DNA from: an uncultured Candidatus Saccharibacteria bacterium | GTDB taxonomy: Bacteria > Patescibacteriota > Minisyncoccia > Phycocordibacterales > CAYRGE01 | Assembly: GCA_964612415.1 (NCBI GenBank) | Contig: CAZTCT010000001.1 | Location: 137,949-201,948 of the forward strand | Reading direction: 5' to 3' | DNA: 64,000 bases | Shown here: positions 19,890 to 28,487 of the stretch, piece by piece | Layout: each line of letters opens with the position of its first letter | How positions within the stretch are numbered: position 1 is the stretch's first letter | Position numbers and translations under genes: made by a program | Notes under the pieces: generated by a model | What the model was told of the DNA's origin: nothing | Seen by the model: only the letters and a program-made list of their open reading frames with translations | Database searches by the model: none

Positions 19890-20651
19890 ATGGAAACAAC
19901 TATTTACAACCAAGAAGGAAAGAAGACTGGAAGCATCACTCTCCCAGAGCATGTCTTCGCTACTCCATGGAATGCTGACCTCGTACATCAGGTAGTTACT
20001 TCTCTTGCTGAGAACAAGCGTGCAGGTACTGCACACACCAAGACTCGCGGCGAAGTCCGCGGAGGTGGCAAGAAGCCATGGAAACAGAAGGGTACCGGCC
20101 GCGCACGACACGGCTCTACTCGCTCACCAATCTGGGTTGGCGGTGGTGTTGCCCATGGTCCTCGCAATGAGCGCAAGTATGGCGCCAAGATCAATCGCAA
20201 GATGATGGCAAAGGCACTCTACACAACTCTCTCTGAGAAGTTGCGCAACGGTGAGCTTCTCTTCGTTGAGAGCATCTCTCTTTCTGAAGGGAAGACAAAG
20301 GAGGGTAAAGAAGTATTCTCCGCACTTTCAAATATCAAAGGTTATGAGAATATGGCCAAGAGCAAGCGCGCACTCTTTGTCGCAGGACTTGGTCTTGATG
20401 AGAAGACAAAGCGAGGGTTCAGGAACTTCTCAAATATCTTCGTTGGTGATGTCCGCACGATGACACCCGCTGACTTGCTCAACTACACGGCTGTCGCGAT
20501 TGTTTCTCCAAAAGAGGCTGTAGCATTCCTTGGCAAAAAGCTCTCAGCTTCTTCTGAAAAGGCAAAGCCTGTGGCAAAGGAGGAAAAGAAGGTCGAGAAG
20601 AAAGTAGCAAAGAAGCCAACTGCTAAGAAAACTTCAAAGAAAACAGCGTAA
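19890..20651 (+). CDS. rplD: 50S ribosomal protein L4 with Lys-rich C-terminal extension
   Basis: uL4 core (GKKPWKQKGTGRARHGS) with a KKxxKK tail. Confidence 0.9.
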   Translation: METTIYNQEGKKTGSITLPEHVFATPWNADLVHQVVTSLAENKRAGTAHTKTRGEVRGGGKKPWKQKGTGRARHGSTRSPIWVGGGVAHGPRNERKYGAKINRKMMAKALYTTLSEKLRNGELLFVESISLSEGKTKEGKEVFSALSNIKGYENMAKSKRALFVAGLGLDEKTKRGFRNFSNIFVGDVRTMTPADLLNYTAVAIVSPKEAVAFLGKKLSASSEKAKPVAKEEKKVEKKVAKKPTAKKTSKKTA

Positions 20652-20660
20652 ATAATTATT

Positions 20661-21062
20661 ATGGCGATACTTGATGTATTTAAAAAAGAAGATGGCAAGG
20701 ACAAGAAGGACGCTGCTCCAAAGGCAGAGCGTGCTTCTAAAAAGCCAGCCACAAAGTCTGACAAACAAGCAGCTTTAGTAGGTCGCCCTGCGACACATGT
20801 GCTCATCAAGCCTTTCATCACCGAGAAGGCGACTATGCTTGCTGACGGGCAGAATATTTATACATTCCATGTTGAGTCTGATGCCAACAAGAACGAGATC
20901 AAAAAGGCGGTAAAGACTCTCTACGGCGTTGATGCCGTGAAGGTCGCTGTCATCAATCTCCCGGCTCGTCGTGTCATGAGACGCGGTATTCCTGGTACAA
21001 AGTCTGCCAAGAAGAAGGCACTTGTGTATCTTAAGAAGGGAGATACCATAGAATTTGCATAA
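20661..21062 (+). CDS. rplW: 50S ribosomal protein L23 with Lys-rich N-terminal extension
   Basis: uL23 core (HVLIKPFITEKAT...YTFHV...KVAVIN) preceded by about 35 basic residues. Confidence 0.85.
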   Translation: MAILDVFKKEDGKDKKDAAPKAERASKKPATKSDKQAALVGRPATHVLIKPFITEKATMLADGQNIYTFHVESDANKNEIKKAVKTLYGVDAVKVAVINLPARRVMRRGIPGTKSAKKKALVYLKKGDTIEFA

Positions 21063-21912
21063 AATTATGAAAACATATTCATCAGCAACTCCATCACGTC
21101 GCAACATGTCTACCGTCCCATTCAAGGAGACGTTGACTGGCGACAAACCAAAGAAGTCGCTTCTCAAGGGAGGGAAGCGTTTTGCTGGACGCTCAAGCTC
21201 TGGTCGCATCGCTGTCCGACACAAAGGAGGTGGACACAAACGCCGTTTCCGAGCTGTAGATTTTGATTACAACAAGAAGGATGTTCCTGCAAAGGTAGAG
21301 ACGGTGGAATACGATCCACACCGATCTGGCTTCATTGCACTTATCTGCTACGCAGATGGTGAACGTCGCTATGTATTAGCACCTCGCTCACTTCGCCCTG
21401 GTACCAAGGTACTTGTTTCAGAGAAGGCAGATATTGCTCCGGGCAATCGTCTTCCACTCGCGAAGATTCCTGTAGGTACGTTTGTATACAACATCGAGAT
21501 CAAGCCCGGCTCAGGCGCACGCATTGCACGCTCTGCAGGAAACTATGCAGAAGTGATCGCTCAAGACGCCGGCTATACTCACGTGAAGATGCCTTCAACA
21601 GAAGTACGCAAGATCTCTGAGAAAGCATGGGCATGTGTTGGAGAAGTCTCCAATCCAGAGCACCGACTTGTTGCTTTAGGTAAGGCAGGACGTTCACGAT
21701 GGCTTGGTATCCGTCCGACAGTACGTGGCTCTGCCATGAACCCTGTAGATCACCCATATGGAGGTGGTGAAGGACGCCAAGGACGTGGTCGCCGACGCGC
21801 AGTCTCTCTCTGGGGCAAGCCGACAGGCAAGGGGCAGAAGACCCGCCGAGCGAAGAAATACTCAAATGTATTCATTGTCTCTCGCAGGAAAGTAGGCAAG
21901 AAGAGGAAGTAA
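21055..21912 (+). CDS. rplB: 50S ribosomal protein L2
   Basis: uL2 motifs (GGGHKRRFR, NPVDHPYGGGEG). 285 aa. Confidence 0.95.
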   Translation: MHKIMKTYSSATPSRRNMSTVPFKETLTGDKPKKSLLKGGKRFAGRSSSGRIAVRHKGGGHKRRFRAVDFDYNKKDVPAKVETVEYDPHRSGFIALICYADGERRYVLAPRSLRPGTKVLVSEKADIAPGNRLPLAKIPVGTFVYNIEIKPGSGARIARSAGNYAEVIAQDAGYTHVKMPSTEVRKISEKAWACVGEVSNPEHRLVALGKAGRSRWLGIRPTVRGSAMNPVDHPYGGGEGRQGRGRRRAVSLWGKPTGKGQKTRRAKKYSNVFIVSRRKVGKKRK

Positions 21913-21915
21913 GAA

Positions 21916-21946
21916 AAACTCCGCACATGTTGCGGAGTTTTTTGTT
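21916..21946 (+). terminator. Rho-independent terminator after rplB (aaaaactccgcacatgttgcggagtttttt)
   Basis: 8-bp stem plus T-tract directly after the rplB stop. Confidence 0.55.
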
Positions 21947-21996
21947 GTGGATAAGATTTTCCTGTCTGCGTGCAAAAAGAAGTATAATGATTTTGT

Positions 21997-22332
21997 ATGG
22001 ACCAAGATAATCAGATGCAAGAGAGTAAATTCTTTTCTAAGGGGACTCTTACATTTGTAGCTATTGCGGTCATTGCCGTTTTGGTATGTGTCTGGTATCT
22101 CCTTGGAGGTACTCCGGAGGGAGCATCGAATGAGATAGAGCAGGAGGGCGGTTTGCAAGAGGAAATGCTCAATGCGTTGCTTAAAGCAAAGGAAGGTGAA
22201 CCAGAAACACCAGCCCCCGCGGCAGAGGATATGGAGCAGGCCCTTGAGGATGCTAAAGCTGGAGAGAAAAGCATAGCTACTCCTTCAATTGAAGAAATGC
22301 AGACAGCACTTGAACAAGTAAAACAAAATTAA
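21997..22332 (+). CDS. Small single-pass membrane protein with acidic C-terminal tail, inserted between rplB and rpsS
   Basis: 111 aa with one hydrophobic helix (LTFVAIAVIAVLVCVWYLLGG) then an E/A-rich tail. A -10 TATAAT lies 8 nt before the ATG, suggesting a near-leaderless transcript. Confidence 0.4.
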   Translation: MDQDNQMQESKFFSKGTLTFVAIAVIAVLVCVWYLLGGTPEGASNEIEQEGGLQEEMLNALLKAKEGEPETPAPAAEDMEQALEDAKAGEKSIATPSIEEMQTALEQVKQN

Positions 22333-22352
22333 CTTTTTAATATAAATCCTTT

Positions 22353-22823
22353 ATGAAAATCTTTCTTCGTCGATTTGCATTTCTTGTGGTGGCGCTTGTG
22401 GCTGCTCTTGGGATCAATTATGCGTCTGCGGCGTGGACAGCGCCAACGGTAGCTCCCCCAGGGGGGAATATTTCAGTCCCGATTAATATAGGGAACGTTG
22501 CTCAAGCCAAGACAGGGACCATTAGTACTGTTGATTTCTATAGTGGGTACAGCAGCAGCAGGTATAATTTTCAGGTAAATAGTGCAGGGGTTGCTTCCAC
22601 TACAGGTGTTACCATCTATGGTAATCCAGTCGTGAAGTGGTGTTCTTCTACTAATCATTGCCTCGGCACCCCGATTCTCTGTATAAGCAACACAGCGAGC
22701 TTCAACAACAACGGCATTGCCGTAAATGTGTATGGTTCAAGTGTTAGCATTACGTATGCAAGTGGTTCATGGAGAGTTCAAGGGGGAGCAGACAACTGTG
22801 CGGGGGGCGTTCTCGTTATATAA
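22353..22823 (+). CDS. Secreted Cys-containing protein with cleavable signal peptide (A-W-T-A-P-T-x-x-P-P-G-G-N N-terminal motif)
   Basis: Signal peptide MKIFLRRFAFLVVALVAALGINYASA, then a Gly/Ser/Thr/Asn-rich mature part with four Cys. 156 aa. Confidence 0.45.
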   Translation: MKIFLRRFAFLVVALVAALGINYASAAWTAPTVAPPGGNISVPINIGNVAQAKTGTISTVDFYSGYSSSRYNFQVNSAGVASTTGVTIYGNPVVKWCSSTNHCLGTPILCISNTASFNNNGIAVNVYGSSVSITYASGSWRVQGGADNCAGGVLVI

Positions 22824-22880
22824 AGGGGTTCTTCGACAACTCCTTTTAGAGGTGTACCTAATCAAGAAAGGGTGGCCTGT

Positions 22881-22908
22881 TTGACAATCTCCCCCTTTCT
22901 GCTAGTAT
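22881..22908 (+). promoter_or_regulatory. Sigma70-like promoter TTGACA-N16-TAGTAT upstream of rpsS
   Basis: Near-consensus hexamers. A structured approximately 120-nt leader follows, including the perfect hairpin ggccac-tatat-gtggcc at 22928-22944. Confidence 0.5.
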
Positions 22909-23034
22909 TTGCTGCAACCCGTCACCCTGGGCCACTATATGTGGCCTTTGTGTTTTGAAGAGGTTTTCTGCCCCTCCGGCAGAAGGGCGCCTTAAGTACA
23001 TAAGGCGAGCGGGTTTCTTTTACGATTTTTCATC

Positions 23035-23391
23035 ATGGCACGTTCAATCTACAAGGGTCCATACGTTGACCCAAAGCTTTTAAAGAAGATAGAAGGTAAA
23101 AAGCCAGACCAAGCTGGCGTTATTCGCACGTGGGCTCGTCGCAGCCAGATCGCCCCTGAAATGGTAGGTTTTGTCTTTGGCGTACATAACGGCAAAGATC
23201 ATGTTGAGGTGCGTATCACAGAAGAAATGGTGGGGCATCGTCTTGGTGAATTTTCTCCTACAAAGAAGTTTATCCGTCACGGAGGAAAGATGCAGAAGGA
23301 ACTTGAGGTTAAGAAGAAGGAGGCGGAGATCGCTGCAGCCAAAGCAGCAAAGGCCTCAACTGACGCAGCTTCAACGAAGCCTGCTAAATAA
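23035..23391 (+). CDS. rpsS: 30S ribosomal protein S19 with Lys/Ala-rich C-terminal extension
   Basis: uS19 core (HNGKDHVEV...[18 protein letters not shown]). Confidence 0.9.
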   Translation: MARSIYKGPYVDPKLLKKIEGKKPDQAGVIRTWARRSQIAPEMVGFVFGVHNGKDHVEVRITEEMVGHRLGEFSPTKKFIRHGGKMQKELEVKKKEAEIAAAKAAKASTDAASTKPAK

Positions 23392-23396
23392 TTATC

Positions 23397-23810
23397 ATGA
23401 AAGCATTTGTTAAACAGTATCGACAGTCTCCTCGAAAAGTACGCCTTGTTGCAGATCAGGTGCGCGGCAAGAGTGTTACGCGTGCCACCATCATGCTCAA
23501 GATGATGCGCAAGCGAGCAGCTGGTGTGGTACTCAAGGCAGTTTCTTCTGCCGCTGCGAATGCTATTGAGAATGACAAGAAAGAAGCAAAAAACCTTTTC
23601 ATAAAAGAGATTCGTGTAGATGAGGGTATTACCCTGAAGCGCTACATGCCTCGCGCTATGGGTCGTGCAAGTCGTATCAACAAGCGCGCAAGTCACATCC
23701 TTGTTACTTTGGGGGAGAAGGCAGTAAAAGGGGAAGCTGTTGAAGTAAAAGAGGAAAAGAAAGCCGAAAAGAAGCCTCGCGCTGCAAAAAAGGCGAAAGC
23801 AACAAAATAA
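23397..23810 (+). CDS. rplV: 50S ribosomal protein L22 with Lys-rich C-terminal extension
   Basis: uL22 core (SPRKVRLVADQVRGK). Confidence 0.9.
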   Translation: MKAFVKQYRQSPRKVRLVADQVRGKSVTRATIMLKMMRKRAAGVVLKAVSSAAANAIENDKKEAKNLFIKEIRVDEGITLKRYMPRAMGRASRINKRASHILVTLGEKAVKGEAVEVKEEKKAEKKPRAAKKAKATK

Positions 23811-23821
23811 TTTAAAGAAAT

Positions 23822-24484
23822 ATGTCGCACACAGTACATCCATATTCACACCGCCTGGGAATCATCAGAGACTGGAAATCTCGCTGGTTTGGGGTGAAGG
23901 GACAATTTAGGGAATATCTCCGAGGAGATGTTTTGCTCCGTGAATATCTCGAGAAGCGCCTTCGCGGACTTTATGTATCAAGTATTGAGATGGAGCGTGG
24001 TGGTAAATTCTTGCGTGTGCTCGTTAAGACCGCTCGTCCTGGTATGCTCATTGGCCGAAGTGGTGAAGGAGCGGCTCGTTTGCGTGACGACATCAAAAAG
24101 TTTGCTGAGAAGAACAAAATTCAGATTCCTGCTGAGCTTAAGATTGATGTTGAGGAAGTAAGACACCCAGAAACTGATGCTGCTATCGTAGGTGCTATGG
24201 TCGCAGAAGGACTTGAGAAGCGTTTGCCATTCCGAGCTGTGATGAAGCAGACAATCGAGAAGGTGATGGCTAACCGTGAGGTACAAGGAGCAAAGATTGC
24301 TCTCTCTGGTCGCCTGGGAGGCGCTGAAATGAGCCGCGCAGAAGAGCTCAAGCGAGGAGGTATCCCACTGCAGACATTCCGTGCGGATATTGATTTTGCA
24401 AAAGAGAAGGCATATCTCCCTTACGGAGTAATCGGTATCAAGGTGTGGATCTATAAAGGTGAGGTTTTTGAGAATGAGAAATAA
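23822..24484 (+). CDS. rpsC: 30S ribosomal protein S3
   Basis: KH domain plus C-terminal domain (GRLGGAEMSR...IGIKVWIYKGE). Confidence 0.95.
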   Translation: MSHTVHPYSHRLGIIRDWKSRWFGVKGQFREYLRGDVLLREYLEKRLRGLYVSSIEMERGGKFLRVLVKTARPGMLIGRSGEGAARLRDDIKKFAEKNKIQIPAELKIDVEEVRHPETDAAIVGAMVAEGLEKRLPFRAVMKQTIEKVMANREVQGAKIALSGRLGGAEMSRAEELKRGGIPLQTFRADIDFAKEKAYLPYGVIGIKVWIYKGEVFENEK

Positions 24485-24489
24485 ACACC

Positions 24490-24912
24490 ATGCTTTTCCC
24501 TAAGAAAGTAAAACATCGCAAGTGGCAACGAGGCCGCAAGAACCCAAAGAAGATCTCGGCTGATACACGAGGAACTACTCTTGCGTTTGGTTCATATGGT
24601 CTAAAGGCGCAAACCTCTGCGCGTATTCGTTCCAACCAAATTGAGGCAGCTCGCAAAGTTATCGCACACACGCTTACAAAAACGGGGAAGGTATGGATCC
24701 GCGTTTTCCCAGACCGTCCTTACACACAGAAAGCTGCTGAGGTGGGTATGGGTAAAGGTAAGGGTGATCCACAAGGGTTTGAATTTGAGGTACTTCCAGG
24801 GCGCTTTATTTTCGAACTGGACGGTGTCCCAGGCGATGTTGCGAAAGAGGCACTCCGCAAGGCCGGGAAAAAGCTTCCAGTGAAGACAAAGATCATCAAA
24901 CGAGAAGAATAA
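24490..24912 (+). CDS. rplP: 50S ribosomal protein L16
   Basis: MLFPKKVKHRKWQRGR... matches uL16. Confidence 0.95.
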   Translation: MLFPKKVKHRKWQRGRKNPKKISADTRGTTLAFGSYGLKAQTSARIRSNQIEAARKVIAHTLTKTGKVWIRVFPDRPYTQKAAEVGMGKGKGDPQGFEFEVLPGRFIFELDGVPGDVAKEALRKAGKKLPVKTKIIKREE

Positions 24913-24913
24913 T

Positions 24914-25117
24914 ATGGCTACCAAGAAGGATTTTACAGATAAAAAGGATGCGGATTTGCGCAAAGAGCTTGCTGAGAAGCAGGAGGCTTTGCGCGTTTTC
25001 AGGTTTGGTGCAGCAGGCAGTCGCGTGAAGAATGTGAAGGAAGGGCGTGACTTAAGGCATACAATCGCCCGTATTTTGACCGAAATGCGCCGCCGCGCCC
25101 TTGAAGAAAAGGCATAA
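24914..25117 (+). CDS. rpmC: 50S ribosomal protein L29
   Basis: 67 aa, helical and Lys/Glu-rich, in the conserved position after rplP. Confidence 0.8.
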   Translation: MATKKDFTDKKDADLRKELAEKQEALRVFRFGAAGSRVKNVKEGRDLRHTIARILTEMRRRALEEKA

Positions 25118-25139
25118 TTGTGTAGTATTGCTTTCTATT

Positions 25140-25391
25140 ATGACGACAAAAGAAACATTAAAGAAGAAGCGCCTTACAGGGACAGTGGTCTCTGACAAAA
25201 TGGACAAAACAGTTGTTGTCTCTGTTTTGCGTTATGTAAAACATCCTAAGTATGGCAAGTACCAGAGGATCAGCAAGCGATATAAGGCACATTCTCCTGA
25301 GAATGCTTTTAAGATTGGGGACAAGGTTTCTATTGAGGAGTGTCGTCCTATATCAAGGGATAAGCGTTTCCGTGTTGTAGAAAAGATATAA
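25140..25391 (+). CDS. rpsQ: 30S ribosomal protein S17
   Basis: [20 protein letters not shown]...HPKYGKY matches uS17. Start set at the internal Met MTTKE. Confidence 0.9.
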   Translation: MTTKETLKKKRLTGTVVSDKMDKTVVVSVLRYVKHPKYGKYQRISKRYKAHSPENAFKIGDKVSIEECRPISRDKRFRVVEKI

Positions 25392-25395
25392 TTTT

Positions 25396-25767
25396 ATGAT
25401 TCAACCAGAGACATGGGTAAAAATTGCTGACAATACCGGAGCAAAACTCGGGGAAGTCTTTAAGATTTTGGGAGGTACACGCCGTCGCTATGCACAGATT
25501 GGTGACATTGTTGTGCTCTCTGTTAAGCTTGCTGAACCACGCAAGGGCGTGAAGCGAAAAGACGTCCTTCAGGCAGTTATTGTTCGACAGACGAAGCCTT
25601 ACCGACGCAAGGATGGTTCATACATCCGCTTTGACGAGAACGCAGCGGTAATTTTGGAAAAAGGAAAACAAGAACCAAAGGGCGGTCGTATCTTTGGCCC
25701 CATTCCTCGCGAGATCGCAGAATTGGGGTATCAGAAGATCGCGTCACTTGCTCCAGAAGTTGTATAA
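25396..25767 (+). CDS. rplN: 50S ribosomal protein L14
   Basis: [17 protein letters not shown] matches uL14. Confidence 0.95.
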   Translation: MIQPETWVKIADNTGAKLGEVFKILGGTRRRYAQIGDIVVLSVKLAEPRKGVKRKDVLQAVIVRQTKPYRRKDGSYIRFDENAAVILEKGKQEPKGGRIFGPIPREIAELGYQKIASLAPEVV

Positions 25768-25772
25768 ATATT

Positions 25773-26051
25773 ATGAAGATCAAAAAAGGAGATACAGTTG
25801 TAGTGATTGCCGGTAAGGATAAAGGCAAGAAAGGGAAAGTTACAGAGAGCTTTCCTCGAGAATTGCGCGTGGTTGTTGAAGGAGTGAATATGCACAAAAA
25901 GCACTCAAAGCCTCGCCGAAGCGGGCAGAAAGGTCAGATCGTCGCTTTTGCCGCACCAATCCATGTTTCAAATGTTGCGCTTGCAGATGCAAAGGAAAAG
26001 CCTGCTCGTGCTACTAAGGCAGCTAAAAAGGGTTCATCTGACGCTGCATAA
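25773..26051 (+). CDS. rplX: 50S ribosomal protein L24
   Basis: [23 protein letters not shown] matches the uL24 KOW domain. Confidence 0.9.
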   Translation: MKIKKGDTVVVIAGKDKGKKGKVTESFPRELRVVVEGVNMHKKHSKPRRSGQKGQIVAFAAPIHVSNVALADAKEKPARATKAAKKGSSDAA

Positions 26052-26066
26052 TATAAAACCAAAGCC

Positions 26067-26609
26067 ATGAAAACCGTCAAAGAAAAACAAACAACCTCTT
26101 TCGATACCCTCAAGGGCGCCTTTGGGTATACCAACAAGATGGCTTCTCCTCGCTTGGTGAAGGTAGTTGTTTCAAGCTCTTTTGGTCGTGCAAATGACCG
26201 AAAAGGGAAGATGGAACTTGTTGCAGATCGTCTGTCGAAGATAACAGGGCAAAAGACATCAGTGCGTCCAGCAAAGAAATCAATTGCCTCTTTCAAACTC
26301 CGACAAGGAGATCCTATTGGACTCTCTGTTACTCTCCGTGGAGATCGCATGTATGCATTCCTCGATAAGCTTTTTAACATTGCGGTCCCTCGTATGCGTG
26401 ACTTCCGTGGTTTTGATAAAAAGAGCGTTGATGCCATCGGCAATCTTTCTCTTGGCATTACCGAGCACACTATATTTCCAGAAACGGCCGACGAAGACCT
26501 TCGCGATGTTTTCGGACTTGCGGTGACCATTGTGACTACAGCAAAAACACGTGACGAGGCAGAAAAATTCTTTGAGATTATTGGCGTTCCTTTTAAAAAG
26601 GAAGGCTAA
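26067..26609 (+). CDS. rplE: 50S ribosomal protein L5
   Basis: uL5 motifs (NxMxxPRLxKV..., GxxxxxLxFPE). 180 aa. Confidence 0.95.
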   Translation: MKTVKEKQTTSFDTLKGAFGYTNKMASPRLVKVVVSSSFGRANDRKGKMELVADRLSKITGQKTSVRPAKKSIASFKLRQGDPIGLSVTLRGDRMYAFLDKLFNIAVPRMRDFRGFDKKSVDAIGNLSLGITEHTIFPETADEDLRDVFGLAVTIVTTAKTRDEAEKFFEIIGVPFKKEG

Positions 26610-26622
26610 AGCGTAAACGCGT

Positions 26623-26651
26623 TTGACAAATAGAGTGTTTTGCGCGAATAT
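26623..26651 (+). promoter_or_regulatory. Promoter-like TTGACA-N17-GAATAT immediately after rplE
   Basis: Near-consensus -35 with a weaker -10. It would launch an approximately 150-nt transcript ending at the terminator at 26777-26810. Confidence 0.3.
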
Positions 26652-26776
26652 TGGCAAGCTCGCTGCACGAAAAGCGAATATGCTTTCCTCGTTTCAATGA
26701 TCGTGGCGTTCTGGCCGAAATATTAGTAGGCGAAGTCAAAGACACCGCACTCAAACAGGAATCCTGCACCGATGCC

Positions 26777-26810
26777 CCCGGCCCCTTACAACCTTTGGGC
26801 CGGGGTTTTT
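26777..26810 (+). terminator. Strong rho-independent terminator inside the r-protein cluster (ccccggccc-loop-gggccgggg-ttttt)
   Basis: 9-bp all-GC stem with an 11-nt loop and a T5 tract. Confidence 0.6.
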
Positions 26811-26828
26811 CTTTAAAGCGGGGCGCCA

Positions 26829-26857
26829 TTGACTCGAGGACCCCTATCTGTTAGTAT
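26829..26857 (+). promoter_or_regulatory. Sigma70-like promoter TTGACT-N17-TAGTAT upstream of rpsZ
   Basis: Same consensus architecture as the promoters at 22881 and 39397. About 140 nt upstream of the S14 start. Confidence 0.5.
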
Positions 26858-27001
26858 GCCCCTACATACCCACAGAGGTATGCAGTTCTCTCTTTAATCC
26901 GCATTTCTCCTCCTGGCCTTCTCTTGCAGTAGGTAAGAAGCATAAATGCGTGATATTAAAAAGAAACTACCTTGCTCTTGTAGAAGAGCGCGTTAATTTT
27001 T

Positions 27002-27187
27002 ATGGCAAAGAAATCAACAGTCTATCGTTCAAAGAAAAAGCCCAAGTTTAAATCTCGGGTTGTAAGACGATGTTTTCGATGTGGTCGCAAGCATGGGTTT
27101 ATGAGAGATTTTGACTTGTGCCGCATTTGCTTCCGCGAACTCGCAAACGAAGGCAAGATTCCTGGTGTACGTAAATCATCTTGGTAA
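27002..27187 (+). CDS. rpsZ: 30S ribosomal protein S14, zinc-binding type Z
   Basis: 61 aa with [25 protein letters not shown], the four-Cys type of uS14. Confidence 0.9.
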   Translation: MAKKSTVYRSKKKPKFKSRVVRRCFRCGRKHGFMRDFDLCRICFRELANEGKIPGVRKSSW

Positions 27188-27194
27188 TTTCAAT

Positions 27195-27581
27195 ATGGAC
27201 CCAATCGCAGACATGTTAATACAGATCAAGAATGGCGGCGCTGTCGGCAAAGAGAGCGTCTGTGTCCCATTCTCGAAGTTCAAGCACGAGGTTGCTAAAC
27301 TTCTTGCCAATAAAGGTTATGTGAAAGCAACTTCTATCAAGGGCAAGGCGCCAAAACGAGTCCTTGAGATTGAGCTTGCATACAACGGACGAAAGCACCG
27401 CATCTCTGGCGTTGCTCGTGTTTCAAAGCCATCACGACGCGTGTATCAAAGTTCTCGTAAGTTGTATCCAATTCGCAATGGGTATGGGATCCTCGTGCTC
27501 TCCACTCCTAAAGGAGTCCTTGCGGCTGATGATGCGCGCAAGGCACACGTAGGAGGAGAGGCACTTTTCACAATCTGGTAA
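27195..27581 (+). CDS. rpsH: 30S ribosomal protein S8
   Basis: MDPIADMLIQIKNG matches the uS8 N-terminus. The longer track ORF start at 27111 was rejected. Confidence 0.9.
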   Translation: MDPIADMLIQIKNGGAVGKESVCVPFSKFKHEVAKLLANKGYVKATSIKGKAPKRVLEIELAYNGRKHRISGVARVSKPSRRVYQSSRKLYPIRNGYGILVLSTPKGVLAADDARKAHVGGEALFTIW

Positions 27582-27587
27582 ACATAT

Positions 27588-28121
27588 ATGTCACGTCTCG
27601 GAAAAAACCCAATAGTTATCCCCGCAAACGTAGAAGTGTCTACTGATGGTGTTTCTGTGCGTGTGAAGGGTCCAAAAGGGGAGATTTCTCGTCCAGTTCG
27701 CAGCGAGGTTTCAATTGAGATCAAAGATAAAGAAATCACCCTTGCTCCCAAAAATAATTCAAAGTTCGCACGCTCTCTTTGGGGCACGTATGCAGCACAT
27801 ATCAAGAATATGGTTGAAGGTGTTGTTACTCCTTTTGAGAAAAAGCTTCAAATTGAAGGCGTGGGGTATCGCGCAGAAATGACCGGCAACAAACTCACAC
27901 TTTCTCTTGGTTACTCACATAAAATCAATGTTGAGGTTCCAGCAGGACTTACCGCTACCGTTGAGAAAAATATCATTACCATTGTTGGAGCTGACAAGGA
28001 GTTGGTAGGCTACTTTGCGGCAAAGATCCGCAGCTTCAGGAAGCCAGAGCCATATCAAGGAAAGGGTATTCGTTATGAAGGCGAGGTTATTCGTATGAAG
28101 GAGGGTAAGAAGACCGCGTAA
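27588..28121 (+). CDS. rplF: 50S ribosomal protein L6
   Basis: MSRLGKNPIVIPANVEV matches uL6. 177 aa. Confidence 0.95.
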   Translation: MSRLGKNPIVIPANVEVSTDGVSVRVKGPKGEISRPVRSEVSIEIKDKEITLAPKNNSKFARSLWGTYAAHIKNMVEGVVTPFEKKLQIEGVGYRAEMTGNKLTLSLGYSHKINVEVPAGLTATVEKNIITIVGADKELVGYFAAKIRSFRKPEPYQGKGIRYEGEVIRMKEGKKTA

Positions 28122-28130
28122 TAAAACTGT

Positions 28131-28484
28131 ATGAAAAAGATTCGTAACCAAAAAACAGAAAAACGTTTCTCCCGCCACAAGCGCATCCGCGCCAAGGTTT
28201 CTGGTACCAAAGAGTGCCCACGTCTTTCTGTGTATCGCTCTAACAAGCATTTTTACGCACAGCTTATTGATGATGAGGCACGCCGAACGATCGTCTCTGT
28301 TTCTGATATGGGAACAAAGAAGGGAACAAAGACCGAGCATGCGGGGAAGGCAGGAGAAGAGCTCGCGCGCATGGCAAAGGAGCAGAAGATTGAGAAGGTC
28401 GTTTTTGATAGAGGAGGTTTCCTTTATGCAGGGCGCATCAAGGCTTTTGCAGAAGGGGCTCGTAAAGGAGGACTCAAGTTTTAA
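28131..28484 (+). CDS. rplR: 50S ribosomal protein L18
   Basis: RLSVYRSNKHFYAQLIDD...FDRGGFLYAGRIKAFAEGAR matches uL18. Confidence 0.9.
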   Translation: MKKIRNQKTEKRFSRHKRIRAKVSGTKECPRLSVYRSNKHFYAQLIDDEARRTIVSVSDMGTKKGTKTEHAGKAGEELARMAKEQKIEKVVFDRGGFLYAGRIKAFAEGARKGGLKF

Positions 28485-28487
28485 TAT

